From Fimbriimonadia bacterium (GTDB taxonomy: Bacteria; Armatimonadota; Fimbriimonadia; Fimbriimonadales; JABRVX01): 64,000 nucleotides of DNA. The position numbers and the translations under genes are program-made. This document shows, one piece after another, positions 9,168 to 18,846 of the stretch (positions are counted from its first letter, which is position 1; each line of letters opens with the position of its first letter). The notes below the pieces were generated by a model that worked only from the letters and a program-made list of their open reading frames with translations, was not told where the DNA came from and made no database searches. The stretch is from the NCBI GenBank assembly GCA_039961735.1, contig JABRVX010000004.1, positions 3,220 to 67,219 of the forward strand. The letters are read 5' to 3'.

Positions 9168-10997
9168 CTAGTTCTCTGCAGAGTGAAGCCCTCCTGCTGC
9201 GGCACGCAGCTGGATGTTTCCGCGCGTCCCATCCGGAAGCCGCTGAGGACAGCTCCAGACGCAAGCACCACAGTGCACGCACTTCTCACGGTCGAAGGCA
9301 GGTACCCCGTTCTCGCCTGGGGTGAGTGCCTGGCCCGAACAGATTTCCACGCAGAGCTGCACGCCACACTGCTCGCAGAGGTTGGGGTAAAGGAAGGCGA
9401 CATGGTCGGCGTAACCGGGAGCCCCCTGAACCTTTCCGCCCAGCAGCAGCGCGTCCTGATGCGATACCAACAACTTGCCGTCGTACTCGATCTCCGGCCA
9501 CCCGGCAAGACGCATCAGCAGGTCGTGGAGCGGCAGGCCGGCAGCTGCGGCCTGTTGTCTGGCTTCCTCGATCTGCGCGGCTGTGAGCCGGCCACGGTAG
9601 TATTCTTCGAGGCTCTTGGGGCTCGTGTGCTTCTTGGCGGGCCAGGCCAACCGCCCTGCCGTAAAGCCGGCCAGGCCCATACCGATCAGCCCTCTTAGGA
9701 AGCCGCTGGTGAAGCCGTCGCGCGCACGACGAGCGACGCGGCCTTCCCTCTCGACCCAACTTCCGTGCCGCTTGGCGAGGTACGTCTTCTCCAAGTTCTC
9801 TCGCGATAGGGGCTTGCCTTCGCGAAGAAGAGATACCACTGCTTCCGCAAGCTGCGACCCGGTGGTCCAAGCTTCGTCCACACCCGACCCCGTGAGCGCA
9901 TTGGTGCTACCGGAACCTTCGCCGATCCGTGCGAAGCCGTCGCCGACGACGGCAGGCTGCGCGGCGAGGCCGGATTCGTTCAGCGACTTCGCTCCCCAAG
10001 AGCGAAGCGTCGCGCCCTGCAGATGTCGCCACAGGTAGGGGTGTCGCATCCAGTGTTGGAGATACCTATACGCGGTGCGCACAGGGCTGTCGAAGAACGA
10101 TGGGACGAAGATTCCGAGCGAGGCGATGTTCTCGGGATGGACATACAGGAAGCCGAAGATCTCGGGCTCGGGGTAGCCGAAGGTGTGCAGTACCGTACCA
10201 GGCTCGAGTGTTGTGTCCTCGGGCAAGTCCACTACGAACTTCATGCCCACTGCCCAGTGTTCGGCCTTCTCGTCGTCCTCGCGAGGGAACCGCCGCGTGA
10301 GCTGGCGCCCTACCGCACCCACGGGACCATCGCCCACCACGGTGAGGGCAGCACGCACCTCCATGCCGGGCAGGTACGAGGTGCCGTCTTGCTCCGTCCC
10401 TTGGTCCGCTAGGCGTATCCCTACGATCCGCTCGCCCTCTTGCAACGCTTCCGCCACCGGGCTGGAGGGCCAGATTTGGATCGTGCCCATAGCCATGATC
10501 TGGGCCGCGACCCACTGGTTGAACTGACCGATGGAGAGAATGAGACCACCGTGTTTGTGCAAGAACGGCGGGGTCCAGGGCAACTCTACGGCACATCGTT
10601 TTCTTAGCGGGCGGGTCAGAAGATCGAGCAACTTGGTACCCGCCGAACGCCTACTCGCCCCAATCGGGTCGTGTAGGTACACCAACTTTTCGTGCCAGAC
10701 CGGATGGGCCATAGGGATCGAAGCGGGTTCGAGGCCCGGCCAGACCTCTCGAATCCCCCGCGCGCGTGTGACGACCCCTGAAACGCCGAAGCCTAGGTCG
10801 TCGGCCCTTTCGAAGCAGATCACCTGGAACGGCATACCAGGCAGTACGTTGCTCTGTAGAGAGGGTTCCTCCGAAAGCGCGCGGCTTAAAACCGTCAGGA
10901 AGCCTCCCATAGCTGGCCCGAAGCCGACGCAGGCGATGTCCGCCTCGATGGTTTGCCTGGAGCTGGCCGCCCCGCTCTCCAGCACCTCTTCAGTCAC
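9168..10997 (-). CDS. Electron-transfer flavoprotein:quinone oxidoreductase (ETF-QO; FixC-FixX-like fusion)
   Basis: N-terminal FAD dinucleotide fold 'DIACVGFGPAMGG'. C-terminal ferredoxin-type Cys clusters 'CEQCGVQLCVEICS' and 'CVHCGACVWSCP'. About 600 aa, as in ETFDH. Confidence 0.8.
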   Translation of the reverse strand: MTEEVLESGAASSRQTIEADIACVGFGPAMGGFLTVLSRALSEEPSLQSNVLPGMPFQVICFERADDLGFGVSGVVTRARGIREVWPGLEPASIPMAHPVWHEKLVYLHDPIGASRRSAGTKLLDLLTRPLRKRCAVELPWTPPFLHKHGGLILSIGQFNQWVAAQIMAMGTIQIWPSSPVAEALQEGERIVGIRLADQGTEQDGTSYLPGMEVRAALTVVGDGPVGAVGRQLTRRFPREDDEKAEHWAVGMKFVVDLPEDTTLEPGTVLHTFGYPEPEIFGFLYVHPENIASLGIFVPSFFDSPVRTAYRYLQHWMRHPYLWRHLQGATLRSWGAKSLNESGLAAQPAVVGDGFARIGEGSGSTNALTGSGVDEAWTTGSQLAEAVVSLLREGKPLSRENLEKTYLAKRHGSWVEREGRVARRARDGFTSGFLRGLIGMGLAGFTAGRLAWPAKKHTSPKSLEEYYRGRLTAAQIEEARQQAAAAGLPLHDLLMRLAGWPEIEYDGKLLVSHQDALLLGGKVQGAPGYADHVAFLYPNLCEQCGVQLCVEICSGQALTPGENGVPAFDREKCVHCGACVWSCPQRLPDGTRGNIQLRAAAGGLHSAEN

Positions 10998-11063
10998 TCT
11001 CGCACCCGTGCTGTAAGTACTGGGCCGAAGGGATAGCGCGCCTTCGCAGAATGAAGCCGGAGG

Positions 11064-13298
11064 TCACTGCGGGTAATCCAGCGCTTCGGGGATCATAACG
11101 TGGGTCAGTGCCTCCGCCGCACGGTCCTTGGCAAGGCGAGCGCCGGTCAGGCACCCGTCCAGACGCGCTCTCAATCGGGTGAAGGTCTCGAATCCGGTGA
11201 ATCGCACACACGGTCCGGCCTTGTCGGCGTGCGAACCAGATTCGTCAATCGTGTCGCCCTCCACCAGGGCACTCGCCCCCATGCCGGGTATCAGGCTCTC
11301 CAGCGTGATCACGTCGGGAGGCGAATAGCACGACTCCGACTGGCCGTCCCAGGCTGGATGCCGGTTGTAGCCGTAGACGAGTTCGGAGCAGATGCGTCCT
11401 ACCTCTCCGGCGGCACGCGCAGCCTGTACGTGCACTAGGTCGGTGAAGAACTGCACGTACGCATCGAGTGCATCCTGAGGCATCGCCGAGGCCCCCTGCT
11501 CTTCCAGCGCCAGCACATCCGAGATGAGGCACTTGGCCGCGAGCAGCCAGCACAGGGCGTCCGCCATCGGGAAGGCGACCCCTTGCCTTCGGCTGTGGAA
11601 GAGCGCCTCGCCATCGGCATCTTTCGCCTCGCGCAGGTGTCGCAGGGTGAAAAGCCACAAGTCGAAGGCCGAAGCGAGTGTGCACGCTCCGGTGCCTGGT
11701 CGCCTCCCGGCGACACCTCTAAGTTCCCTGATCCACAGTCGGACCTGCTCCAGGAAAACCTCGTTCACCATCGTGACCGAGAGCTGGCGGCGCTGGACAG
11801 CCTCTGGCCCCTCGTAGGTGGCTTCGAGCTGCGCATCCATCCACTTGTGCCCGAGGAAGCCGGGGCAGTCTTCGGTGATGCCGTAACCGCCCATCAGACT
11901 CACGGCCTCACGCATCATGTTCGTGCCATGCCCGGTGTTCCACAGCTTGCACGCGGGGCACAGCACCTGTGCGAGCGAGTCCAGAACGACATACTGAACC
12001 AACGGGTCGGCCTTCAGTTCGGCATGTCTGGCACCGCGCCGTGCGGGCGGGAGGGCATCCATGCGCAAGAAGTCAATCGCGTCCGGCGTCAACTTCTGGA
12101 ACTCGCGAAGCTGAGCGCGCCCTCCCTCGATGCCCTTCTCTTTGAAGATGCGGTCCTTCTCCTTCTCCAGTGGGTCGAACTCATCGAAGAGCCGTGCCGC
12201 GGCGAACCCGAGCGACGCGCTGGCCTCGCCTGTGGCCCACACATCCACCAGGCGGTGCAGGGCGTCTTCGTTCTGCTGCAGACCTTGCTCGTAACGCGGT
12301 GTTCCCGGTGCCGCAGCGGTTCCCCCACGGAATCGACCGCGTTGGTATCGGATCACCGGCTCGATCGCCGAGAGCAGCTTTGCCGAGGTCATCAGGCCGA
12401 CCGTAACGCGTGTACGGCGGAACACCGCCTCGATGATCTCGGAGTGGGTGAAGTTGGGCACGATTACCCCATTCTGCAGGGTGTAGCCGCCGACGATTCG
12501 CGAAGCCGGAACTCGAAGACTGAGCGCCGGATCGCGTGTGGACGAGAGCTGGTGCACCAGTTTCCGGGTCGGCACGCCACGATCGAACGTGCCGGGGTCG
12601 TCTTCGTGCAGGATCACGACGAAGCTGCCTTTGAGTCGCTCGTCCGTCGAAGTTACTGCGGCCGTCACGAAGTTGGCGAACGCCATATTGGTGATGAAGC
12701 GACCGCGCTTGTCTATCTGCAGGATCGGCTCGCCGCCGTCCGGCCACTCGGCGACGCGCGCCGCCCCTGAAAGGACATTGGTGTCCACACCCACGTAGGG
12801 CAGCGGCTCCGTAAGCGCGAAGGCACCACGCCACTGCTCCCGGTCCTCCCCGGGCTGCGGCGGAACGCAGCGCGATAGGTATAGCGCGCGCTGTTCGGGA
12901 GTGCCACGCTCGTGGATGGGTGAGAGCGCTAAGTTGCCCGCCAGGCTGCAGGTTGCTGCGCCGGCATCCACCCATGCCAGTTCGAAAGCGATGAGGGCGA
13001 GCGCGAGGTTCTTAGGCCCTTCGATGTAGCCGCCGTGCTCGGGGTCCATGAATGCCGTGGTGATACCGGCAGCGTCGAACTCCGCAAGCAGCGAGTGCTT
13101 GGCGTCCGTCCACTCGTGAGTGTTGCGTCCGCCTTCGGCCACGACGCGCGCGACCGGTCCCCGCGCCACACCACGTGCGGACTGCACGAGCATCTGCAGG
13201 TCGAACCGATCGGCGAATCGCCACATGATCTGACGAACCTCGTCGCCGGGCAGTGCGGGGAGTTTCGTAGCGCAAGGGGCTTGGTCGTGGGTTTCCAT
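11064..13298 (-). CDS. Large (about 744 aa) acyl-CoA dehydrogenase family protein with a long C-terminal extension
   Basis: ACAD N-terminal and middle domain pattern ('FMDPEHGGYIEGPKNLALALIAFELAWVDAGAATCSLAGNLALSPI', 'GAFALTEPLPYVGVD'). I prefer the ATG at 13298 (METHDQ; SD AAGGAC 9 nt upstream) over the TTG at 13358. Confidence 0.7.
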   Translation of the reverse strand: METHDQAPCATKLPALPGDEVRQIMWRFADRFDLQMLVQSARGVARGPVARVVAEGGRNTHEWTDAKHSLLAEFDAAGITTAFMDPEHGGYIEGPKNLALALIAFELAWVDAGAATCSLAGNLALSPIHERGTPEQRALYLSRCVPPQPGEDREQWRGAFALTEPLPYVGVDTNVLSGAARVAEWPDGGEPILQIDKRGRFITNMAFANFVTAAVTSTDERLKGSFVVILHEDDPGTFDRGVPTRKLVHQLSSTRDPALSLRVPASRIVGGYTLQNGVIVPNFTHSEIIEAVFRRTRVTVGLMTSAKLLSAIEPVIRYQRGRFRGGTAAAPGTPRYEQGLQQNEDALHRLVDVWATGEASASLGFAAARLFDEFDPLEKEKDRIFKEKGIEGGRAQLREFQKLTPDAIDFLRMDALPPARRGARHAELKADPLVQYVVLDSLAQVLCPACKLWNTGHGTNMMREAVSLMGGYGITEDCPGFLGHKWMDAQLEATYEGPEAVQRRQLSVTMVNEVFLEQVRLWIRELRGVAGRRPGTGACTLASAFDLWLFTLRHLREAKDADGEALFHSRRQGVAFPMADALCWLLAAKCLISDVLALEEQGASAMPQDALDAYVQFFTDLVHVQAARAAGEVGRICSELVYGYNRHPAWDGQSESCYSPPDVITLESLIPGMGASALVEGDTIDESGSHADKAGPCVRFTGFETFTRLRARLDGCLTGARLAKDRAAEALTHVMIPEALDYPQ

Positions 13299-13478
13299 TC
13301 GAGACCGGTCCTTTCGTACGCACATTTCGCCGCGAGGTCCGCCGGTTCCTTTCGCCAATAGGCCCTTCGCAACGCAGCCGGAACACCAGCGTACTCCCCT
13401 AAGGAGCAGATTTTGGCAGGTCTGATAGAGCGGACAGTGAACTCCGACGATGGAAGCAGGTAGAGGGAGGTCCTTGCC

Positions 13479-15371
13479 GTGAAAGCAACAAGGCAGTGGA
13501 GCGACAGGCGAAGCCGCTTGTACCGCGCCGTGTGTGCGGTGCTGCTGCTTGGCACATCCGCGCTCGCGCTCGCCAAGTCATACGATCACCCGCTCATCGA
13601 GCAGACCTTTCGCTTGCTGCCGAACGGGGACGCCGAGGTCACCGACATTCGCACGTACCGCTTCAGTGGTTCCTTTTCGTGGGCCGACTTACGACTGAAA
13701 ACGACCGGGCAGTACGGCTCTTACGGCATCGAGTACCTCGGGGTGAAGGACGCAGATACCGGTGCAGAGCTTCCCTCAGAGCAGTTCTCTGCAGGCGGGG
13801 AGCAGGTGTTGAAATGGAGCTACAAGGCGGAGGACGAGGTCAAGCGCTTCGAGTTACGCTACCGCATCACGGGTGCGGTCCAGCGTTACCCTGACGCCGC
13901 TCACTTCTACTGGAAGGCCATCGAAGATAAGCATGCACCCATCGAGACGGTGCGCATACGGATCGTGCCGCCCAAGCCGAGCCCAACGTTGTTCAAGGTG
14001 TTTGTCCACAGCCTCGCCGCCCCCGGCAGACTCACCTTCGCCGACGATTTCAGTCAAGCCGACGTCGAGCAGTCGGACATACCCGAGGCCAGCTTCGTAG
14101 AGTTGCGTGTGTTACTCGACCCGGCCATCTTCGTGAACGCCGAGGTGTCGTCCGGCCAGACGTACGAGTCGCTGCTCGAAGATGAGCGCCGGAACTTCGA
14201 GCAGGTGAGCAAGGACTACGCTGCGATGCGGCTCAAGGAGAGGTTAGACAAAGGCCTCTGGGTGCTCGCAGGGCTGCTGTTCGTGGCTCAGATGGGTGCG
14301 CTGGCGTGGGCGTATCGGGAGCATGGCCGCGAGCCGAGGATCGCCTACGACGCCGTCTATGAGCGCGAGCCCCCGCGCGAGATTCCGCCTGCCGTGGTGC
14401 CCGCGATCTTGCCCCAAGTGGGCTACGACAAGTCGGCGATGGGCAACGCGTTTGCTGCTACGCTCCTCGAAGCGGCGAGGCTGGGCTATCTGGAGATCCG
14501 AGAGGTCGAAGACTCGGGGTTTCTGGGCCTGGGTCTCTTCAAGGGTACGGACCTGGTGTACTCGTTGACCGACAAAGGGAGAGCGCTGCTTGCGGGGCGG
14601 CCCGTGGACCTGAAGCGCAAGGAACGTCCGCTCCAGCCATTCGAGGTGGATGTCCTTCGTGTCGCATTCGTGGAAGCCGGCTCGGGCGATGCGGTAACCA
14701 GCGACATGATCGAGAAGTGGGGCAAGGAGATGGTGGGGCAGAAGAGCCGGTTCCTCATCTTCATCGAAAGTTGGGGACCGGAGCTGCGAATGTGGTTCGA
14801 GAACAACTTCTTTCAGCTTGACGACCAGGTTAGCGCCCGGTGGAAGACGCTGCTCTCGGTAACGAGCGTGCTAGTGGCCGTGCCACTCTTGTTTACCACC
14901 CCGCCATTCGGCTGGTTCGCCGGGGCTGGTGCCGTCCTGTTGTGCGTCATCATAGCGCAAGCGTCTATTGGCAGACGCACTCCTGAGGCGGCACTCGAGT
15001 ATCGCCGGTGGCAAGCGTTTAAGAGGATGATGACCGATTTCACTGCCCTAAAGAGCGCAGGGCCAGAATACTTGCCGCTTTGGGAGTTGTATCTCGTGTA
15101 CGCCACCGCCCTAGGTGTGGCGGACAAATTGCTCGACAACCTCAAGATGGTAGCAAAGGAGTACCACCAAGACCTGCCTGCCGCCGTGTGGTTCCATAGT
15201 AGAAGCGGTGTGCCGGGTTCCATGAACCTCGCATCGCTGAACAAACTATCCTCGTCCATGTCGAACTTCAACAGCATGGCGAAAGCTCTATCGAGCAGCA
15301 CGTCGTCAGGAGGGGGGTTCAGCGGAGGCGGCGGAGGCGGTGGCGGTGGCGGTAGTAGTAGTGCGGGTTAG
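13479..15371 (+). CDS. DUF2207 domain-containing membrane protein
   Basis: GTG start with SD GAGGGAGG 8 nt upstream. Signal peptide, large extracytoplasmic domain, multiple TM helices and the family-typical Gly-rich tail SSGGGFSGGGGGGGGGGSSSAG. Adjacent to LemA. Confidence 0.75.
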   Translation: MKATRQWSDRRSRLYRAVCAVLLLGTSALALAKSYDHPLIEQTFRLLPNGDAEVTDIRTYRFSGSFSWADLRLKTTGQYGSYGIEYLGVKDADTGAELPSEQFSAGGEQVLKWSYKAEDEVKRFELRYRITGAVQRYPDAAHFYWKAIEDKHAPIETVRIRIVPPKPSPTLFKVFVHSLAAPGRLTFADDFSQADVEQSDIPEASFVELRVLLDPAIFVNAEVSSGQTYESLLEDERRNFEQVSKDYAAMRLKERLDKGLWVLAGLLFVAQMGALAWAYREHGREPRIAYDAVYEREPPREIPPAVVPAILPQVGYDKSAMGNAFAATLLEAARLGYLEIREVEDSGFLGLGLFKGTDLVYSLTDKGRALLAGRPVDLKRKERPLQPFEVDVLRVAFVEAGSGDAVTSDMIEKWGKEMVGQKSRFLIFIESWGPELRMWFENNFFQLDDQVSARWKTLLSVTSVLVAVPLLFTTPPFGWFAGAGAVLLCVIIAQASIGRRTPEAALEYRRWQAFKRMMTDFTALKSAGPEYLPLWELYLVYATALGVADKLLDNLKMVAKEYHQDLPAAVWFHSRSGVPGSMNLASLNKLSSSMSNFNSMAKALSSSTSSGGGFSGGGGGGGGGGSSSAG

Positions 15372-15416
15372 CCTGGTCGGTCGGGCTTCGGACAGAAGGA
15401 AGGAGATAGCAGGAAC

Positions 15417-15977
15417 ATGGTTTGGGTGTTAGTGATCCTGATTCTGGCAGTGCTGGTTGTAGCGGGTTGGCTCATCGGCTCATACAACCGCTTGGTCACG
15501 CAGCGCAACCGCTGCCACAACTCGATGGCGCAGATTGACGTGCAACTGAAGCGACGTCACGACCTGATCCCCAATCTGGTGGAGACGGTGAAGGGCTATG
15601 CTGCGCACGAGAAAGAGGCGTTCGAGAAGGTGAGCGAGTATCGCGCGAAGGCCATGTCGGCGAGCACGGTCAGCGAGAAATCGCAGACGGAGAACATGTT
15701 GACACAGGCGCTGCGCTCCGTGTTCGCCGTCGCGGAAGCTTATCCCGAGCTGAAGGCGAATCAGAACTTTCTGCAGTTGCAGGACGAGCTGAGCGACACG
15801 GAGAGCAAGATCGGCTACGCGCGCCAGATCTATAACGACAGCGTTATGTTGTACGAGAACGCGCGCCAGACGTTTCCGACCGTGCTGCTCGCGCAGATGT
15901 TCGGCTTCGGCAAGGAGGAGTACTTCGAGTTGGATGCCACGCCCGAGCAGCGCGAGGCACCGCAGGTGCGGTTCTAG
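15417..15977 (+). CDS. lemA: LemA family protein
   Basis: N-terminal TM helix followed by 'YNRLVTQRNRCHNSMAQIDVQLKRRHDLIPNLVETVKGYAAHEKEAFEKV...AYPELKANQNF', which is classical LemA. Confidence 0.9.
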   Translation: MVWVLVILILAVLVVAGWLIGSYNRLVTQRNRCHNSMAQIDVQLKRRHDLIPNLVETVKGYAAHEKEAFEKVSEYRAKAMSASTVSEKSQTENMLTQALRSVFAVAEAYPELKANQNFLQLQDELSDTESKIGYARQIYNDSVMLYENARQTFPTVLLAQMFGFGKEEYFELDATPEQREAPQVRF

Positions 15978-16115
15978 GGCGCACACGCGGGTAGTGCAGT
16001 TAGTTGACATGCACCGGTCCAGAGCTAGAGGTCCGTCACGCTGGAGCCCGTCGAAGCATGACTGCGCTCGCCGCGGGCGTAGTACCTGAACACAGCGGCA
16101 TGCGACTACCCAGAA

Positions 16116-16140
16116 CATGCTTCGACGGGCTCAGCATGAC
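16116..16140. repeat. Orphan copy of the 'CATGCTTCGACrGGCTCAGCATGAC' palindromic repeat family
   Basis: catgcttcgacgggctcagcatgac differs by 1 nt from the copy at 37984-38008. It generates the spurious 'MLRRAQHDG' start of the ORF-track entry 16117..17910. Confidence 0.7.
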
Positions 16141-16203
16141 GGATATGGAGACGGCATGACGGGCCTGGAGACAGCGTCACGGATCGAGAGAAAGTGGGAG
16201 AAC

Positions 16204-17910
16204 ATGAGAGGCTTGGTAGGACTAGCGATAGGTGTCTCGCTCGTAACCAGTGCTGGCGCGCAGGTGGTGGCGCCAGCCAAGAGCGGCAGCTGCAAGCCCC
16301 CGGAGGTGATCAAGGTGCAGACGTGGCAAGTGGACCCGTTGGTCAAAGTGTTCCCTGACAGCCGACCCGATGTGCAGCCAGCCCTCACCTGCGAGGTGGC
16401 AAAGGGAGAGACGGCCACGTGGCAGATTGCGCTGCGCTGTGACCTGCCGGCAGAGGCCCTCGATGCTGACGTCAGCGCTTTCGCGCTCCGCGGCGGTGAT
16501 GCGCACCTGGCGGGTGCGCGTGTGCGCTTCGTCGGCTATGTGCCGGTGGACCGGGGTCTCCCGGCACCGCCGGCAGACAGGCTTCGGGTTCCCCCATGCC
16601 TATACCCCGACCCACTGCTCGAAGCTGCACCCGATATCGAGGCCGGTACGACCTACGCCGTGTGGATCAGCTTACCTGTCTCGATGGATGCAAAGGCCGG
16701 TGAGTACGTAGCGAGCCTGACTCTTTCGGGGCAGTGCAACGGAAGAGCCGTAAGCGGCAAGCATGAGCTACGCCTCCGGGTCTATGATGTCGCAGTTGGC
16801 AAGTCGCGTCTTTGGGTTACGAACTGGTTCTGGAACAACTCACGACACATGCAGATAAGCGCCGAGGTAGACACCCCACAGTATTGGGCACTGCTCGCGA
16901 GATATGCACTCAACATGGCAGAGCATCGCCAGAACGTGGCCATCGTCCCTGTGCTGGCGCTGACGGATTTCCGCCCGAAGGAAGGCGGCGGATGGAGCAT
17001 GGACTTCTCGCGCTTCAATCGCTGGGTGCACACTTTCGTCAGAGCGGGGGTCATTGGAAGGATCGAGGGTGGTCACATCGGGGGGCGCGAGGGAGACTGG
17101 GAGTCGCAGTTCCTGGCGCAGGTTCCGACCGTGGTGGATGGCGCGGTGCGCATGGCGAACCTGCCCGCTGATAGCCCCGAGGCAGACGCATTCTACGCGC
17201 AGTTCTTCCCTGCCCTGTTAGAGAACCTGCAGGCCAATGGGTGGCTGGACATTTATATGCAACACCTGGCGGACGAGCCGATCGCCTCCAACATCGGCAG
17301 CTACAGAGCCCTCGCTGCTCTGGTTAGGAAGTATGCGCCGGGAGTGCCGATCGTCGAGGCGTGTCACACGAAAGACCTCGTTGGTTCGGTGGACGTGTGG
17401 GTCCCGCAGCTCAATTACCTGCACCAAGACTTCGAGCACTACCAGCAGCGTCAGGCCGAGGGTGAGGAGGTGTGGCATTATACGTGCATCTATCCGATGG
17501 GTGAGTATGCGAACCGCTTCATCGAACACCCCTTGATCAAGACCCGACTGCTGCACTGGATCAACTACCGCTATGGGATCACTGGGTACTTGCACTGGGG
17601 ATACAACCATTGGGGCGAGGCCAATCCCTACGAGCATTTGACCGGGCCGTTCGACAGCCATGGGTACCTGCCGGCGGGAGATGCGTGGATCGTGTATCCC
17701 GGCAAGGACGGACCCGTCGACTCAATCCGTTGGGAGACGATGCGCGACGGCATTGCGGACTACGAGCTGCTATGTATGCTAGCGGAGCGCGATCCGGAGG
17801 CGGCGAATCGCCTCGCAGGAAGGCACATCCTGGCCTTCGACCGGTATGAGATTGACGTCACGGTCTTTCGGCAGACGCGGCGAGAGCTGTTGGAGCGGCT
17901 CTCGCGCTAA
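16204..17910 (+). CDS. DUF4091 domain-containing protein (GH123-like putative glycoside hydrolase), secreted
   Basis: Start moved to ATG 16204, which gives the signal peptide [21 protein letters not shown]. The C-terminal '[47 protein letters not shown]...GDAWIVYPG...[17 protein letters not shown]' matches DUF4091. Confidence 0.7.
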   Translation: MRGLVGLAIGVSLVTSAGAQVVAPAKSGSCKPPEVIKVQTWQVDPLVKVFPDSRPDVQPALTCEVAKGETATWQIALRCDLPAEALDADVSAFALRGGDAHLAGARVRFVGYVPVDRGLPAPPADRLRVPPCLYPDPLLEAAPDIEAGTTYAVWISLPVSMDAKAGEYVASLTLSGQCNGRAVSGKHELRLRVYDVAVGKSRLWVTNWFWNNSRHMQISAEVDTPQYWALLARYALNMAEHRQNVAIVPVLALTDFRPKEGGGWSMDFSRFNRWVHTFVRAGVIGRIEGGHIGGREGDWESQFLAQVPTVVDGAVRMANLPADSPEADAFYAQFFPALLENLQANGWLDIYMQHLADEPIASNIGSYRALAALVRKYAPGVPIVEACHTKDLVGSVDVWVPQLNYLHQDFEHYQQRQAEGEEVWHYTCIYPMGEYANRFIEHPLIKTRLLHWINYRYGITGYLHWGYNHWGEANPYEHLTGPFDSHGYLPAGDAWIVYPGKDGPVDSIRWETMRDGIADYELLCMLAERDPEAANRLAGRHILAFDRYEIDVTVFRQTRRELLERLSR

Positions 17911-18094
17911 GCGACGGACCAGTTCGCCTCCGGACGGAGTTCCGGCGTCTCGCCGGTCACTACGCCTGCAGCCGCGACTGCGGTCTTACGGAACTGCGCC
18001 GGAGCCCGGATGCGGCGCCGGGAGATGTAGACTAGCGCGTTGGGAACCATTTTGGCGCGGCACCGCTATACCCCTATCAGGGGGTGAGACAGAG

Positions 18095-18574
18095 ATGAGA
18101 AGCCAAGTCGCGACGTTCGCTGCCGGTTGTTTCTGGGGGGTCGAGGAGGCGTTCCGGCGAGTGCAGGGAGTGCTGGACACCGAGGTGGGCTACACCGGCG
18201 GTACTGTCGCGAACCCGACCTATCACGAGGTGTGCTCCGGTCGCACGGGCCACGCCGAGGCGGTTCGCGTCACGTTCGACCCGTCCGTGGTGTCGTACTC
18301 GGAGCTGCTGGACCTGTTCTGGGGCATCCACGATCCGACCACACCTAACCGCCAAGGCCCTGACATCGGCTCGCAATACCGATCGGCTATCTTCTTCCAT
18401 TCGCCTGAGCAGGAGCAAGAGGCCAGGGCGTCGCTGCAATCGCAGGAGGCCTCCGGCCGGTTCGGCAGGCCCATCGTGACGCAGATCGAGCCAGCACAGG
18501 AATTCTATCGCGCCGAGGATTACCATCAGCAGTACTTGGCGAAGCGTGGCTTGGGCAGTTGTCACGTGCGCTGA
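18095..18574 (+). CDS. msrA: Peptide-methionine (S)-S-oxide reductase
   Basis: '[32 protein letters not shown]...[23 protein letters not shown]' contains the canonical GCFWG active site. The start is at the internal ATG 18095; the upstream 83 codons are Arg-rich junk. Confidence 0.9.
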   Translation: MRSQVATFAAGCFWGVEEAFRRVQGVLDTEVGYTGGTVANPTYHEVCSGRTGHAEAVRVTFDPSVVSYSELLDLFWGIHDPTTPNRQGPDIGSQYRSAIFFHSPEQEQEARASLQSQEASGRFGRPIVTQIEPAQEFYRAEDYHQQYLAKRGLGSCHVR

Positions 18575-18612
18575 ACGAACCTGTGATATAGTGTGTGGGG
18601 AGGTAACACCCG

Positions 18613-18846
18613 ATGGGCTTTCGGTTTCAGCGTCGAATTCGCCTCGGCAAGGGCTTGTGGGCCAATCTCAGTAAGGGCGGCGTCGGCTTTAGCGTCGGTC
18701 GCCGCGGGCTCAGGTTCAGTATCAACCCGAGGGGTAAGAAACAGGTATCGGTCGGTGCACCGGGAACCGGTATGTCCTATCGCACGGGATGCATCTTGCC
18801 CACGGCCCTGCTACTGCTTGCGCTCGCCTCGTTCTTGGTCAGATGA
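18613..18846 (+). CDS. DUF4236 domain-containing small membrane-anchored protein
   Basis: SD GGAGG. 'GFRFQRRIRLGKGLWANLSKGGVGFSVGRRGLRFSINPRGKKQVSVGAPGTGMSY' matches the DUF4236 repeat pattern. C-terminal TM helix. Confidence 0.6.
   Translation: MGFRFQRRIRLGKGLWANLSKGGVGFSVGRRGLRFSINPRGKKQVSVGAPGTGMSYRTGCILPTALLLLALASFLVR

Noticed and set aside
11583-12770. A 395-aa plus-strand ORF antisense to the large ACAD. Similar long antisense ORFs occur at 6328-7215, 27616-28758, 32524-33843, 54842-55819 and 59361-60338.
   Set aside because: These are typical stop-codon-poor antisense frames of GC-rich coding DNA. Their products are Arg/His/Gly/Pro-rich and low in complexity, they have no SD, and each is fully nested in a gene with clear family motifs.
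15480-16118. A 212-aa minus-strand ORF overlapping lemA.
   Set aside because: It is antisense to a textbook LemA gene, its product is Leu/Arg/Gln-rich and low in complexity, and it has no ribosome-binding site.
17846-18094. An N-terminal extension of 83 codons on MsrA (ORF track 17846..18574).
   Set aside because: The extension is Arg/Ser/Pro-rich and overlaps the DUF4091 3' end. MsrA homology begins exactly at the ATG at 18095.
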